32,654 nt of DNA from NCBI GenBank assembly GCA_900550345.1, contig URRX01000001.1:1-32654 (forward strand). The letters run 5' to 3'. The translations under genes and the position numbers were made by a program. This DNA comes from an uncultured Anaerococcus sp. (GTDB lineage: Bacteria > Bacillota > Clostridia > Tissierellales > Peptoniphilaceae). The notes under the pieces were generated by a model. It worked only from the letters and a program-made list of their open reading frames with translations. It was not told the origin of the DNA and did not search any database. Positions 8,777 to 17,790 of this stretch are shown piece after piece. Position 1 is the stretch's first letter. Each line of letters begins with the position of its first letter.

Positions 8777-11110
8777 ATGTATATAAAAACTTCTGTTAGA
8801 AAACTTATAGAATTTGTTATGAGAAGTGGGGATATTGATAATTCTTTTAGGGACAATAATAGGATGGTTCAAGGAATCAAGGCTCATCAAAAAATTCAAA
8901 AATCTTATGATAAAAATTATAAGGCTGAGTACTACTTAACAAATATTACTAAAATTGATGATATGGAATTTCATGTTGAGGGTAGAGCTGATGGTCTTTT
9001 GAAAAAAAAGGGTCAAATAATAATAGATGAGATCAAATCAACTACAAGAAATCTAGAAAAATTAGATGATTCAAATAAATTACACTGGGCTCAAGCTTTT
9101 TGCTATGGGTATTTTTATGGTGTAAAAAAAGATCTAAAAAAAATTACTATAAGACTAACCTATGTTTCACTTGATGATTATAAGACAAAAACTTTTGAAA
9201 AAGAAAAAAGCCTTGACGAGCTTTATGATTTTTATATAAATTTACTTAAAGAATATATTAATTTCTCAAAAATTTTATCTCTAAATCTCGAAAAAAGAAA
9301 TAAAAGTGCAAAAGAATTGACCTTTCCTTATAGTGGCTATAGAAAGGGACAAAGAAAGATGTCAGTTGCGGTCTACAGGGCGATTTTGGATAAGAAAAAA
9401 TTATTTGTTGATGCTCCAACTGGAACTGGAAAGACAATTTCTACTATTTTTCCTGCTGTAAAATCCTTGGGGGAAGGTCTTTCTGATAAAATTTTTTATT
9501 TAACTGCCAAAAATACTACTGCAAAAGAAGCCTTAAAATCTTTATATCTTTTAAAGGAAAAAAATTTATCAATTAAAGCAGTTTCTTTAACAAGCAAAGA
9601 AAAAATTTGCCTTAATGATGAAATTTCATGTAATCCTGATGATTGTCCTTTTGCTAGAGGTCACTTTGATAGGGTAAATGAGGGTTTAAAAGATATCTTG
9701 GAAAATGAAGATATAATGGACTATGATATAATAACTTCCTATTCAGAAAAGCATAGACTTTGTCCTCTTGAATTTGAGCTTGATCTTTCACTTTATTCTG
9801 ATCTTATAATTTGTGATTATAATTATGTTTTTGATCCAAATGTTTATTTGAGAAGATTTTTTGATGAGAGTGTGGATGAATATATCTTTTTAATTGATGA
9901 GGCCCACAATATTTTGGAAAGATCAAGAAAAATGTTCTCCCATGAATTTGTGGATACAAGTTTTAAAAAGTTAAGAGAGGGCATGGATATCAAAAAGGAT
10001 TTGAAAATCATAAAATCAATTGATTCTATCTTGGATGAATTTGAAAAGATGTACAAAAACTATGGCAAAAAATTATTCTATTATACTACTGATAATAATG
10101 ATGATTTTGACAAAAAACTAATGGGCCTTTCAAAAAAATTAGAAAAAGTTTTGATAAAGGATAAAAAAAGAGATGATTATGATAAAATAGAAGATATGTT
10201 TTTTGAAATAAACCACCACCTTAAAATATCTGATAATTTTAGGGAGGGGTTTTATCAAACCTTGACCTATGATGAAAATTCCATGGAAAAAATATATGAA
10301 ATTAAGTGTATTGATCCATCTCAGGTTTTGAGTGAAAAGTATAAACTTGCAAGGTCGACTGTATTTTTTTCTGCGACTCTTTCTCCAATGAATTTTTATA
10401 TAAAAATGTTGGGGGCAGAGGACACCTTAAAAGTTCACTTGGATCTACCCTTTGACAAGAAAAATTTTGCCCTTTTGGCAAGTCCAATTTCTACACGATA
10501 TAAGGACAGAAACAATAATTTGATGGATATAGCTGATTTAATTCATGAATTTATTAATGCAAAAAAAGGTAATTATTTTATATTTTTCCCTTCATTTTCA
10601 TATCTTACAGATGTTTATGAATATTATAAAGAAAATTACAATGATGATATCTTGGTTCAAGAGAGGTCTATGTCTCCTATAGAAAGACACAAATTTTTAC
10701 AAAATTTTACATATGAAAGCAAAAAAACAGCTTTTTTAGTCTTAGGAGGAATTTTTTCTGAAGGAGTAGACCTAAAAGGGGACAGACTCATTGGATCTAT
10801 GGTTATTTCTGTAGGAATGCCTGGTGTAAGTGATGAGAGAAATCTAATAAAAACCCATTTTGACCAAATTTCTCACAATGGATTTGATTATTCTTATACC
10901 TATCCAGGTTTAAATAAAATTTTCCAAGCTGCAGGAAGGCTAATTAGGGGAGAAAAAGATAAGGGAATAATTTATTTGATTGATGATAGGTTTTTGTGGG
11001 ATAAGTATAGGAGATTGTATCCAAGACATTGGTCAAATCTGATAGAAGTTAAAAATAAAAAAGAATTAAAAAATTTGGTTGAAAAATTTTGGAATGAGGA
11101 GAATAAATGA
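8777..11110 (+). CDS. DinG/XPD-family Fe-S helicase with N-terminal PD-(D/E)xK nuclease-like domain
   Basis: GIKAH, GRADG, IDEIKS, HWAQ nuclease motifs. APTGTGKT, Cys cluster, DEAH, FSATLSP, EGVD, QAAGRLIR helicase motifs. Confidence 0.9.
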   Translation: MYIKTSVRKLIEFVMRSGDIDNSFRDNNRMVQGIKAHQKIQKSYDKNYKAEYYLTNITKIDDMEFHVEGRADGLLKKKGQIIIDEIKSTTRNLEKLDDSNKLHWAQAFCYGYFYGVKKDLKKITIRLTYVSLDDYKTKTFEKEKSLDELYDFYINLLKEYINFSKILSLNLEKRNKSAKELTFPYSGYRKGQRKMSVAVYRAILDKKKLFVDAPTGTGKTISTIFPAVKSLGEGLSDKIFYLTAKNTTAKEALKSLYLLKEKNLSIKAVSLTSKEKICLNDEISCNPDDCPFARGHFDRVNEGLKDILENEDIMDYDIITSYSEKHRLCPLEFELDLSLYSDLIICDYNYVFDPNVYLRRFFDESVDEYIFLIDEAHNILERSRKMFSHEFVDTSFKKLREGMDIKKDLKIIKSIDSILDEFEKMYKNYGKKLFYYTTDNNDDFDKKLMGLSKKLEKVLIKDKKRDDYDKIEDMFFEINHHLKISDNFREGFYQTLTYDENSMEKIYEIKCIDPSQVLSEKYKLARSTVFFSATLSPMNFYIKMLGAEDTLKVHLDLPFDKKNFALLASPISTRYKDRNNNLMDIADLIHEFINAKKGNYFIFFPSFSYLTDVYEYYKENYNDDILVQERSMSPIERHKFLQNFTYESKKTAFLVLGGIFSEGVDLKGDRLIGSMVISVGMPGVSDERNLIKTHFDQISHNGFDYSYTYPGLNKIFQAAGRLIRGEKDKGIIYLIDDRFLWDKYRRLYPRHWSNLIEVKNKKELKNLVEKFWNEENK

Positions 11111-12753
11111 GACAAAAAGCAATAAAAGATGTAGAAATAATAGATATGTCCTATCCAAATATATCTATTGGAAAAATAAATGAAGAAAAAAATGTCCAAT
11201 TTAAGGGGGGAGTTCTAGGACAAAAAGTAAGGGTGAAAATAACCAAAAACAGGGGAAATAATAAAAAAGGAAAATTTATGGAAGTTTTGGAAGAATCCAA
11301 AATAGAAAATGCCAAAGAATTTTGCCCTAATGCTGGAATTTGTGGGGGTTGTTCTTACCAAAAAATGGGATATGAAACCGAACTTTTACTTAAGCATAAT
11401 ATGATGCAAAAACTTTTAAAAAATCATCATATAGATGTAAAAGAACTTTCTATAGTAAGAAGTCCAAAAATAAAAGGATATAGAAACAAAATGGAATATA
11501 CTTTTGGAGATTCTTATAAGGACGGTCCCTTAGTTTTGGGTCTTCATAGGCAAAATAGATTTTATGAAATTGTAGATACAGAAGGTTGTAATATTGTAGA
11601 TAGTGATTTTGAATCGATAAGAAAACATGTACAAAATTATTTTAGAGAAAAAAATACAAGTTTTTACCACAAAAAAGCTCACACAGGACTTTTGCGTAAT
11701 TTAATAATAAGAAAAGGCATGCATACAGGAGAATTAATGGTAATACTTGTAACAAGCTCTGACAAATCTTTTGATCCAATGAGAAGAGACCTTTTTGCTC
11801 ACAATCTTTTAAATGCAAAAACAAAGGGCAGAATTGTTTCAATTTATCATGTAATAAATGATAGCCTAGCAGATGCTGTAAAAGTAGATTCAATGGAACT
11901 TTTATTTGGGAAAAAATATATAGAAGAAAAAATGAATGATTTAAAATTTCAAATTTCCCCATTTTCATTTTTCCAACCAAATGTATATACAGCAGAAAAA
12001 ATCTATCAAAAAGCAATAGAATTAGCAAATGTAGATAAAAACAAAAACGTCCTAGACCTATACTCAGGAACAGGAACCATAACTCAATTATTTGCAAAAT
12101 CAGCAAATAAGGCGATGGGAATAGAAATAGTAGAAGAAGCCGTAGAAAAAGCCTTCGACAATGCAAAAGAAAACCAGATAGAAAATATAGACTTTATAGC
12201 TGGAGATGTTTTAGAAAAAATTGATCTAGTAAAAGGGAAATACGATATAGTGGTTCTAGATCCACCAAGAGAAGGAATAAATCCAAAAGCAATCAAAAAA
12301 ATAATGGACATAAATCCAAAAGAATTCGTCTACATTTCATGTAACCCAAAAACTCAAGTAAGAGATATAGAAATATTTATGGAAAAAGGATACAAAGTAG
12401 AAAAATACCAAACATTTGATCAATTTCCTAGGTCAAGGCATGTGGAGACGGTAGCACTTTTGTCCAAACTTGATGTCGATAAGCATATAAATATTGAAAT
12501 TGAGCTGGATGAGCTTGATTTGACAAGTGCTGAAAGTAAGGCAACATATGCTCAAATCAAAGAATATGTTTGGAATAAATTTGAATTAAAAGTTTCGACA
12601 TTATATATTGCACAGATAAAAAGGAAATGTGGAATAGAATTACGAGAACATTACAACAAGTCTAAAAAGGAGAAACAAATTATTCCACAGTGTACACCTG
12701 AAAAAGAAGAAGCTATCATGGATGCCTTGAGACACTTCAAAATGATTGAATAG
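11107..12753 (+). CDS. rlmD: 23S rRNA m5U methyltransferase RumA/RlmD; its last 101 aa are supplied by the integrated element
   Basis: TRAM domain, CxxxxxCGGC, YRNKMEY, FFQPN, DLYSGTG, DPPREG, YISCNP, DQFP..HVE. The frame then continues 101 aa past the usual end of the family. Confidence 0.93.
   Translation: MRQKAIKDVEIIDMSYPNISIGKINEEKNVQFKGGVLGQKVRVKITKNRGNNKKGKFMEVLEESKIENAKEFCPNAGICGGCSYQKMGYETELLLKHNMMQKLLKNHHIDVKELSIVRSPKIKGYRNKMEYTFGDSYKDGPLVLGLHRQNRFYEIVDTEGCNIVDSDFESIRKHVQNYFREKNTSFYHKKAHTGLLRNLIIRKGMHTGELMVILVTSSDKSFDPMRRDLFAHNLLNAKTKGRIVSIYHVINDSLADAVKVDSMELLFGKKYIEEKMNDLKFQISPFSFFQPNVYTAEKIYQKAIELANVDKNKNVLDLYSGTGTITQLFAKSANKAMGIEIVEEAVEKAFDNAKENQIENIDFIAGDVLEKIDLVKGKYDIVVLDPPREGINPKAIKKIMDINPKEFVYISCNPKTQVRDIEIFMEKGYKVEKYQTFDQFPRSRHVETVALLSKLDVDKHINIEIELDELDLTSAESKATYAQIKEYVWNKFELKVSTLYIAQIKRKCGIELREHYNKSKKEKQIIPQCTPEKEEAIMDALRHFKMIE
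12420..12471 (+). other. attL junction; crossover dinucleotide GA at 12445-12446
   Basis: Element arm GACGGTAGCACTT-TTGTCCAAACTT. TTGTCCAAACTT (12460-12471) is the exact reverse complement of 29414-29425, and both lie 13 bp from the GA. Confidence 0.88.
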
Positions 12754-12785
12754 AAAAGAATGACAGCATATGGCTTTCTGCATTT

Positions 12786-13010
12786 ATGACATTCCTACTT
12801 GGTATTGGAACGGCGTTGTTGTATATCATTATGGTGTTCTGCTTATTTTGGGCGTTAGCTTCTTTTATTCAAGGAGAAGTCGGAATAGGTATTTTTGGCG
12901 TGGTTATTGGTTTCCTATTTAGTCCTTACGGACTTCCGATAGTAGGAGTAACTGTGATAGCGTTTATTGAATTGATAAATGATAAAATTAAAGCGGTTTG
13001 GATAAATTAG
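12786..13010 (+). pseudogene. Probably 5'-truncated CD1845-family ICE membrane protein
   Basis: Hydrophobic ORF with FLFSPYGLP, recalled from CD1845-family conjugative-element proteins. No RBS and short. Confidence 0.55.
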
Positions 13011-13029
13011 TATTTGTCAAGGAGGGAAT

Positions 13030-13419
13030 ATGGATTTTAGTAGGATGATTCCTGAATTATCAGTTTTTGATATTAATCTGACTAAAAAATTTTATAGTGA
13101 ATTAGGATTTAAAATTGAATATGAACGTGTTGAAGATAAATTCGTTTTCATGTCTTTTCAAGAAAGTCAGTTTATGTTCGAACAAATTCATGATGATGGT
13201 TGGAATATAGGTGAGCTAGTATATCCTTTAGGAAGAGGAATAAATTTTTCAATAGCTGTCGATGATATTGAAGAACTGTATCAATTAGTGAATGATTTGA
13301 ATATAGAATTATACAGAGAACTAACCAGAAACATATATCAAGTTAATGAAATAGAAGAAATGCAAATAGAGTTTTTAATTCAAGATCCCAATGGGTATTT
13401 GTTAAGATTTACAAATTAA
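13030..13419 (+). CDS. VOC/glyoxalase-bleomycin resistance family protein
   Basis: IPELSV...FY..LGF, GRGINF.I, EFLIQDPNGYLLRF. AAGGAGG RBS. Confidence 0.88.
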   Translation: MDFSRMIPELSVFDINLTKKFYSELGFKIEYERVEDKFVFMSFQESQFMFEQIHDDGWNIGELVYPLGRGINFSIAVDDIEELYQLVNDLNIELYRELTRNIYQVNEIEEMQIEFLIQDPNGYLLRFTN

Positions 13420-13523
13420 CAAATACCAGTTTGTCGAGCTAAATAAAACTGAATACCAAAGATACAAGACGATAGAAAGAAATAATTCTGTCGTCTTTTT
13501 AATTTTAAAGAAAGGAGATAAGT

Positions 13524-13667
13524 ATGAAAAAATTATAGCAAATAAGATAAGAATCAAAAGAAATAAAAGATAAAATTGACCATACAGAAGAAAGGTTAAG
13601 GCAACTAAAAAATCAAGAAAAGAAGATATTGAAACAAGACATGGAGAAAAGAAGAAAAGAAAGAACT
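13524..13667 (+). pseudogene. Degenerate duplicate of the 5' half of the DUF3847 gene
   Basis: Colinear with 14377-14520 but has in-frame TAG (codon 5) and TAA (codon 9). The upstream hairpin and RBS are also duplicated. Confidence 0.88.
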
Positions 13668-13797
13668 TGCATCGAGTATTGATTATCAAGTAGAATTATA
13701 CTAAGAAGATTTGCACCAACTTAGTTGACACAACTAAGACAATATTTTTCCATTTGTGTAATGACCTATACGTTGAGAGAGGAGGTAAACTAAATTG

Positions 13798-14292
13798 ATG
13801 AAAACACTTATTATGTTAGTCATTATCTGCTTAACAGCATCAATTATGATGGTAAATTTAATACTTATTATACCGAAATTTGGCTCGAAGCATTTCGGCG
13901 CACCTGATGATATCAAAGTTATGATGAGTAAGTTGCCAGATAAACCGATTTGGGTCAATATAATCGGCGGACTTATCATGATACTTGGATTGCTAGCCAT
14001 TATAGCCGTTCTAGTCTGGGCAATTGTTGATACAGTAAAATTTAGTTTAACTTTTCAGCAAGCCTTTGTTAGATTTTTAATATTATTTGAAGGATATAAG
14101 CTTTTTGATATTATATTTTTTGATTACCTCATGCTTACCAAGTTAAAATTACCGACTAAAGTTTATCCACAGACGATTGGTGCCAAGGGATATGATAATT
14201 TTGGGTTTAATGCGAAAAGTCAGATTACAAAAGTTATAATATTCTTTTTCATGAGTCTAATTTTGGCATATTTACTGACCATTCTGGTTTAA
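13798..14292 (+). CDS. Hypothetical membrane protein (about 4 TM helices)
   Basis: Four hydrophobic segments, GAGGAGG RBS. Start is TTG 13795 or ATG 13798. Confidence 0.8.
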   Translation: MKTLIMLVIICLTASIMMVNLILIIPKFGSKHFGAPDDIKVMMSKLPDKPIWVNIIGGLIMILGLLAIIAVLVWAIVDTVKFSLTFQQAFVRFLILFEGYKLFDIIFFDYLMLTKLKLPTKVYPQTIGAKGYDNFGFNAKSQITKVIIFFFMSLILAYLLTILV

Positions 14293-14376
14293 ATAGAAAT
14301 TTACAATATTTAGAAAAAAGACGATTAGAAAAGTAAAAATCTAGTCGTCTTTTTTATTACAAGAAAGGAAATTAGT

Positions 14377-14667
14377 ATGAAAAAATTAGAACAAATAAGA
14401 CAAGAGTCAAAAGAAATAAAAGATAAAATTGATCATACAGAAGAAAGATTAAGGCAACTAAAAAATCAAGAAAAGAAGATATTAAAACAAGACATAGTGA
14501 AAAAAAGAAAAGAAAGAACTCATAGGCTAATAACAAGAGGAGCAATATTAGAAAGCCTTATAGAAAATGCAGAAGAACTAACAGATGAAGAAATAAAAAT
14601 CTTATTAGAAGAAGCAACAAATACAAAAGAATTTAAAGAAACACTAAAAATAATGAGAGAAAATTAA
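14377..14667 (+). CDS. DUF3847-family coiled-coil mobilization accessory protein
   Basis: RKERTHRLITRGAILES motif, located just upstream of oriT and mobL. Confidence 0.82.
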   Translation: MKKLEQIRQESKEIKDKIDHTEERLRQLKNQEKKILKQDIVKKRKERTHRLITRGAILESLIENAEELTDEEIKILLEEATNTKEFKETLKIMREN

Positions 14668-14689
14668 GAAAAATAAAATAACCAAATCT

Positions 14690-14731
14690 CCCTTAGATTT
14701 CTAAGGGCGCAATTATACACCCTAAAGGGTG
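14690..14731 (-). other. MOBQ-type oriT (nic site)
   Basis: Minus strand reads CACCCTTTAGGGTG (hairpin) then TATAATTGCG^CCCTT, one mismatch from the pIP501/pSK41 core ATAAGTGCG^CCCTT. It lies upstream of a MOBQ relaxase. Confidence 0.8.
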
Positions 14732-14780
14732 CTTGCGTCCTGCGGAGCCAAACCCTTGCAGCGACCAACAACCATTCGCT

Positions 14781-14834
14781 TTTTAAAAGTCTAGGGTAAA
14801 TAAACTCGCTAAGGCTCGCCCTTGACTTTTAAAA
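14781..14834 (-). other. Hairpin with CS-6-like TAGCGA loop (possible single-strand origin)
   Basis: Stem TTTTAAAAGTC.AGGG / CCCT.GACTTTTAAAA. The loop contains AAACTCGCTAAGGCTCG, which reads TAGCGA on the nicked strand. Confidence 0.45.
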
Positions 14835-15000
14835 TTTGAAATGAACAAAACAATTAAGCCGACATACTGAAACAACAAAAATTAATTCAGTAGTCGGCTT
14901 TTTTAATTCTATCATTTCAAAACGCTCATTCACAAAGAGGATATAAAAATCTATTAAGCCTCCACCTAAAACAACAAAAAAAGAAAGGAAGTGATAAAAA

Positions 15001-16635
15001 ATGGCAGACAGTTTTCATTTTTCAGTAAACATAATATCAAGAGGAAAAGGAAAAAGTGCAGTAGCAAGTGCAGCATATATAAGTGGAGAAAAAATAAAAA
15101 ATGAATGGGACGGAGTAACCCATGACTATACAAAAAAACAAGGAGTAATTAGCAAAGAAATATTTTTGCCAGATCACGCACCAAAAGAATATAAAGACCG
15201 AAAAACCTTGTGGAACTCGGTAGAACTATTTGAGAAAAACTCTAATGCCCAACTTGCAAGAAACTTTATCATATCTTTACCAAAAGAATTAAGCATAGAA
15301 GAAAATAAAAAGATGATAGAAGAATATATTCAAAACAATTTTGTAAAAGAGGGAATGATAGTAGACCTAGCAATTCATGATGAAAGTAGAGATGGAAATC
15401 AAAACATTCACGCTCATATAATGACCATAGTAAGACCAATAAATGAAGATGGAACATGGGGGCAAAAAAGTAAAAAAGAATATATCCTAGATGAAAAAGG
15501 AGAAAAAGTATTAAACAAAAATGGAAAACCTAAGACAAGAAAAGTAGAACTAACAACCTGGAACGATAAGGGCAATGTAGAAAAATGGAGAGAAAATTTT
15601 TCTAATCTTTGTAACAAATATTTAGAAAGAGCAGGAGCAGAAAAAAGAGTAGACCATAGGAGTTTTAAAAGACAAGGTATAAAACAAATACCTACAATAC
15701 ATCTAGGAGCAAGTGCTAGTGCAATGGAAAGAAAAGGAATAAGAACTGAAAAAGGAGATATAAATCGTGAAATAAAAAAACAGAATGAACTATTAAAAAA
15801 CATAGGCAATGAAATAAAGAAAATAACATCATGGCTAGCAGGTTTTAAAGATAAGCTAAAAGAATCATACAAGGAATATAAAGACCAAAGTAAAAAGCAA
15901 ATCGAAAATGAATCAGGACTCTTTAACCTTTATGAATATTTAAGCTTCTATCAAGAAATGCAAGAAAATAATAGAGCTGAATTATCATTTTATGGGAAAA
16001 GAAACAAGGCAATCTATGATCTAAAAAGATATGCAAGTGGAATAAATTATCTAAGAGAAAATAAAATAAAAACCATATCAGACCTACAAGGGCATATAAA
16101 TAACCTAAGAAGTAAAAACACTGAAATATATAAGACCATAAAAGAAAATAGTCAAAAGATAGAAGACCTTAATAAGTGCTTAGCCTATGCAAAGACTGTA
16201 AGAAAAACAAAAGCAACCTACCAAGAATATGAAAGCAAGAAAATATTCAAAGAAAACTTCTACAAGAATAATCAAAAGGAAATAGACCAACATATAAGAG
16301 CAAGAACCTTAATTGAAAAAATCAGTGGAAAGAAAAATTTAAGAGAAAAAGAATGGTTAGGAGAAATTAAAAGCTTAGAAGATGAAATCAGTAAATTAAA
16401 TACAGAGTCAGAAAAGATAAGGGAAAGATACAAGGAAATAAATCATATTAAATATGCAGTAGAAGTAGTAAATGAAGAATATGGTATTGACCTATCAATA
16501 GAAATTGACAAGGCAATCAAGAGAGGAGAAAAAGAAAGTATCATAGAAAAGATAAAAGAATATAAGCAAGACAGTGATAAGTTTAATAAAAAAAGACAAA
16601 TGACTAAAGACTATTACAAAAATCAAGAGAGATAA
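15001..16635 (+). CDS. MobA/MobL (MOBQ) relaxase
   Basis: SAVASAAYISG (catalytic Tyr), LWNSVE, LPKEL, AIH...NIHAHIM (HUH), VDHRS, PTIHLG, charged C-terminal tail ending ER. Confidence 0.95.
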   Translation: MADSFHFSVNIISRGKGKSAVASAAYISGEKIKNEWDGVTHDYTKKQGVISKEIFLPDHAPKEYKDRKTLWNSVELFEKNSNAQLARNFIISLPKELSIEENKKMIEEYIQNNFVKEGMIVDLAIHDESRDGNQNIHAHIMTIVRPINEDGTWGQKSKKEYILDEKGEKVLNKNGKPKTRKVELTTWNDKGNVEKWRENFSNLCNKYLERAGAEKRVDHRSFKRQGIKQIPTIHLGASASAMERKGIRTEKGDINREIKKQNELLKNIGNEIKKITSWLAGFKDKLKESYKEYKDQSKKQIENESGLFNLYEYLSFYQEMQENNRAELSFYGKRNKAIYDLKRYASGINYLRENKIKTISDLQGHINNLRSKNTEIYKTIKENSQKIEDLNKCLAYAKTVRKTKATYQEYESKKIFKENFYKNNQKEIDQHIRARTLIEKISGKKNLREKEWLGEIKSLEDEISKLNTESEKIRERYKEINHIKYAVEVVNEEYGIDLSIEIDKAIKRGEKESIIEKIKEYKQDSDKFNKKRQMTKDYYKNQER

Positions 16636-16708
16636 GACCTGGTAAAAATATCTTATCCAAGCTATAATATGACCAAGAAAATAAAGGCAGATCTAGGAGG
16701 TAATAGAA

Positions 16709-16882
16709 ATGAATAAAAGGCAAGAGCTAATAGATGAACTCATAAAAGCAGATCAAGATGGAACATACAAAACATATAAAAGCACAGAAGAAATAAAATC
16801 AATGAACAATGAGGAAATACAGATTATATATTCCAACATGAAAAACTATCTATCAGACAAAAGAACACACATAAACTACTAA
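16709..16882 (+). CDS. Small hypothetical protein (57 aa)
   Basis: MNKRQELIDELIKADQDG...HINY* with AGGAGG RBS. Below the ORF-track cutoff. Confidence 0.7.
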   Translation: MNKRQELIDELIKADQDGTYKTYKSTEEIKSMNNEEIQIIYSNMKNYLSDKRTHINY

Positions 16883-17065
16883 AGGTGGAAAAGCAAAATA
16901 AGAGCAGAAAAACAAGAAAAGGTACAAAGACCTAAGTAAGCTATAAAAACATCAAAAATAAGCATTCCACCACCAACAACAATAAAATAAAAACAATCAA
17001 AGGGAAGTATAGAAAAATTAAAGCCTATACTTCCCTTTTTTTAATTCAAACAAAGGAGATAAAGC

Positions 17066-17593
17066 ATGATAAACGAAGAAATAAGCAAAGAAGCAGGTCA
17101 AGCAGCACAAACCATAATAACATACACAATAAAGGCAGCAAAAGTATCAATCAACTTAGACAAAGAAATAAGAAAAAAGATGAATGAAACTTTAGAAAAA
17201 GCAAATGGAAACCTAAAAAGTCTTATGGGCGATGAAATGAAAATAAAAGACCTCTACAAAAAAGGACAACTAGAAAATATAAGCATAGATCAAAGCGACC
17301 TCAAAGACTTAAAAAAAGAACTAAACAAACTTGGAGTAAACTTTTCAGTAATGAAAAACAAAGAAACTAAAAACTATGAAATATTCTTCCAAGCCAAAGA
17401 CATAAAAGTAATGGAATATGCTTTTAAGCAAGTCATAGCCAAAGAAAATAAAAAAGAAAAAGAAAGTATCCTAAAACAAATAACGAAATACAAAGACCTA
17501 TCCAAGAACAAGGATAAGACAAAAGAAAAAGTCAAAAGGAAAGTAAAAGAAAAAGTAAAACCAAACAAAAAAGATATGACCAGAGAAATCTAA
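17066..17593 (+). CDS. PcfB (DUF3801) family protein
   Basis: MINEEIS, KLGVNFSV.K, Y.IFFQAKD, ESIL..I tail typical of PcfB-family proteins. Confidence 0.85.
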   Translation: MINEEISKEAGQAAQTIITYTIKAAKVSINLDKEIRKKMNETLEKANGNLKSLMGDEMKIKDLYKKGQLENISIDQSDLKDLKKELNKLGVNFSVMKNKETKNYEIFFQAKDIKVMEYAFKQVIAKENKKEKESILKQITKYKDLSKNKDKTKEKVKRKVKEKVKPNKKDMTREI

Positions 17594-17635
17594 GGGAGTA
17601 ACGAAAAGTTACACCCTTAGATACCCAAAATAACA

Positions 17636-17704
17636 AGACTTCTGAAAAGCAGAAGTCCAGAATTCCGAAAATCGGAAATCAAGAATTTCGATTATCGAAA
17701 TTCT
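17636..17704. repeat. Three tandem 23-bp palindromic iteron-like units
   Basis: AGACTTCTGAAAAGCAGAAGTCC / AGAATTCCGAAAATCGGAAATCA / AGAATTTCGATTATCGAAATTCT. Confidence 0.8.
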
Positions 17705-17768
17705 TGAATACATCAATGTAGATAGGATATAAAATTGAATAAATGTAAAATTTATGATAAAATGACAC

Positions 17769-17783
17769 TGATAATTGTTATCA
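17769..17783. promoter_or_regulatory. Fur-family 7-1-7 box upstream of the SAM methyltransferase
   Basis: TGATAAT-T-GTTATCA, one mismatch to TGATAAT-N-ATTATCA, next to the RBS. Confidence 0.6.
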
Positions 17784-17790
17784 ACAGGAG

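Noticed and set aside
8777..11110. Cas4/CasDinG of a type IV CRISPR system
   Set aside because: Housekeeping context with no array and no csf or cas genes.
11642..12311. Long antisense ORFs here and inside mobL, pcfB and the ABC genes
   Set aside because: Shadow frames caused by the T-poor coding strand. They have low-complexity F/L/S translations and no RBS.
13720..13738. Palindrome CTTAGTTG-ACA-CAACTAAG overlapping TTGACA
   Set aside because: Could be an operator, but there is no properly spaced -10 and no cognate regulator nearby.
17636..17704. 23-bp palindromic repeats as a mini CRISPR array
   Set aside because: Units are contiguous with no spacers, they are degenerate, and there are no cas genes.
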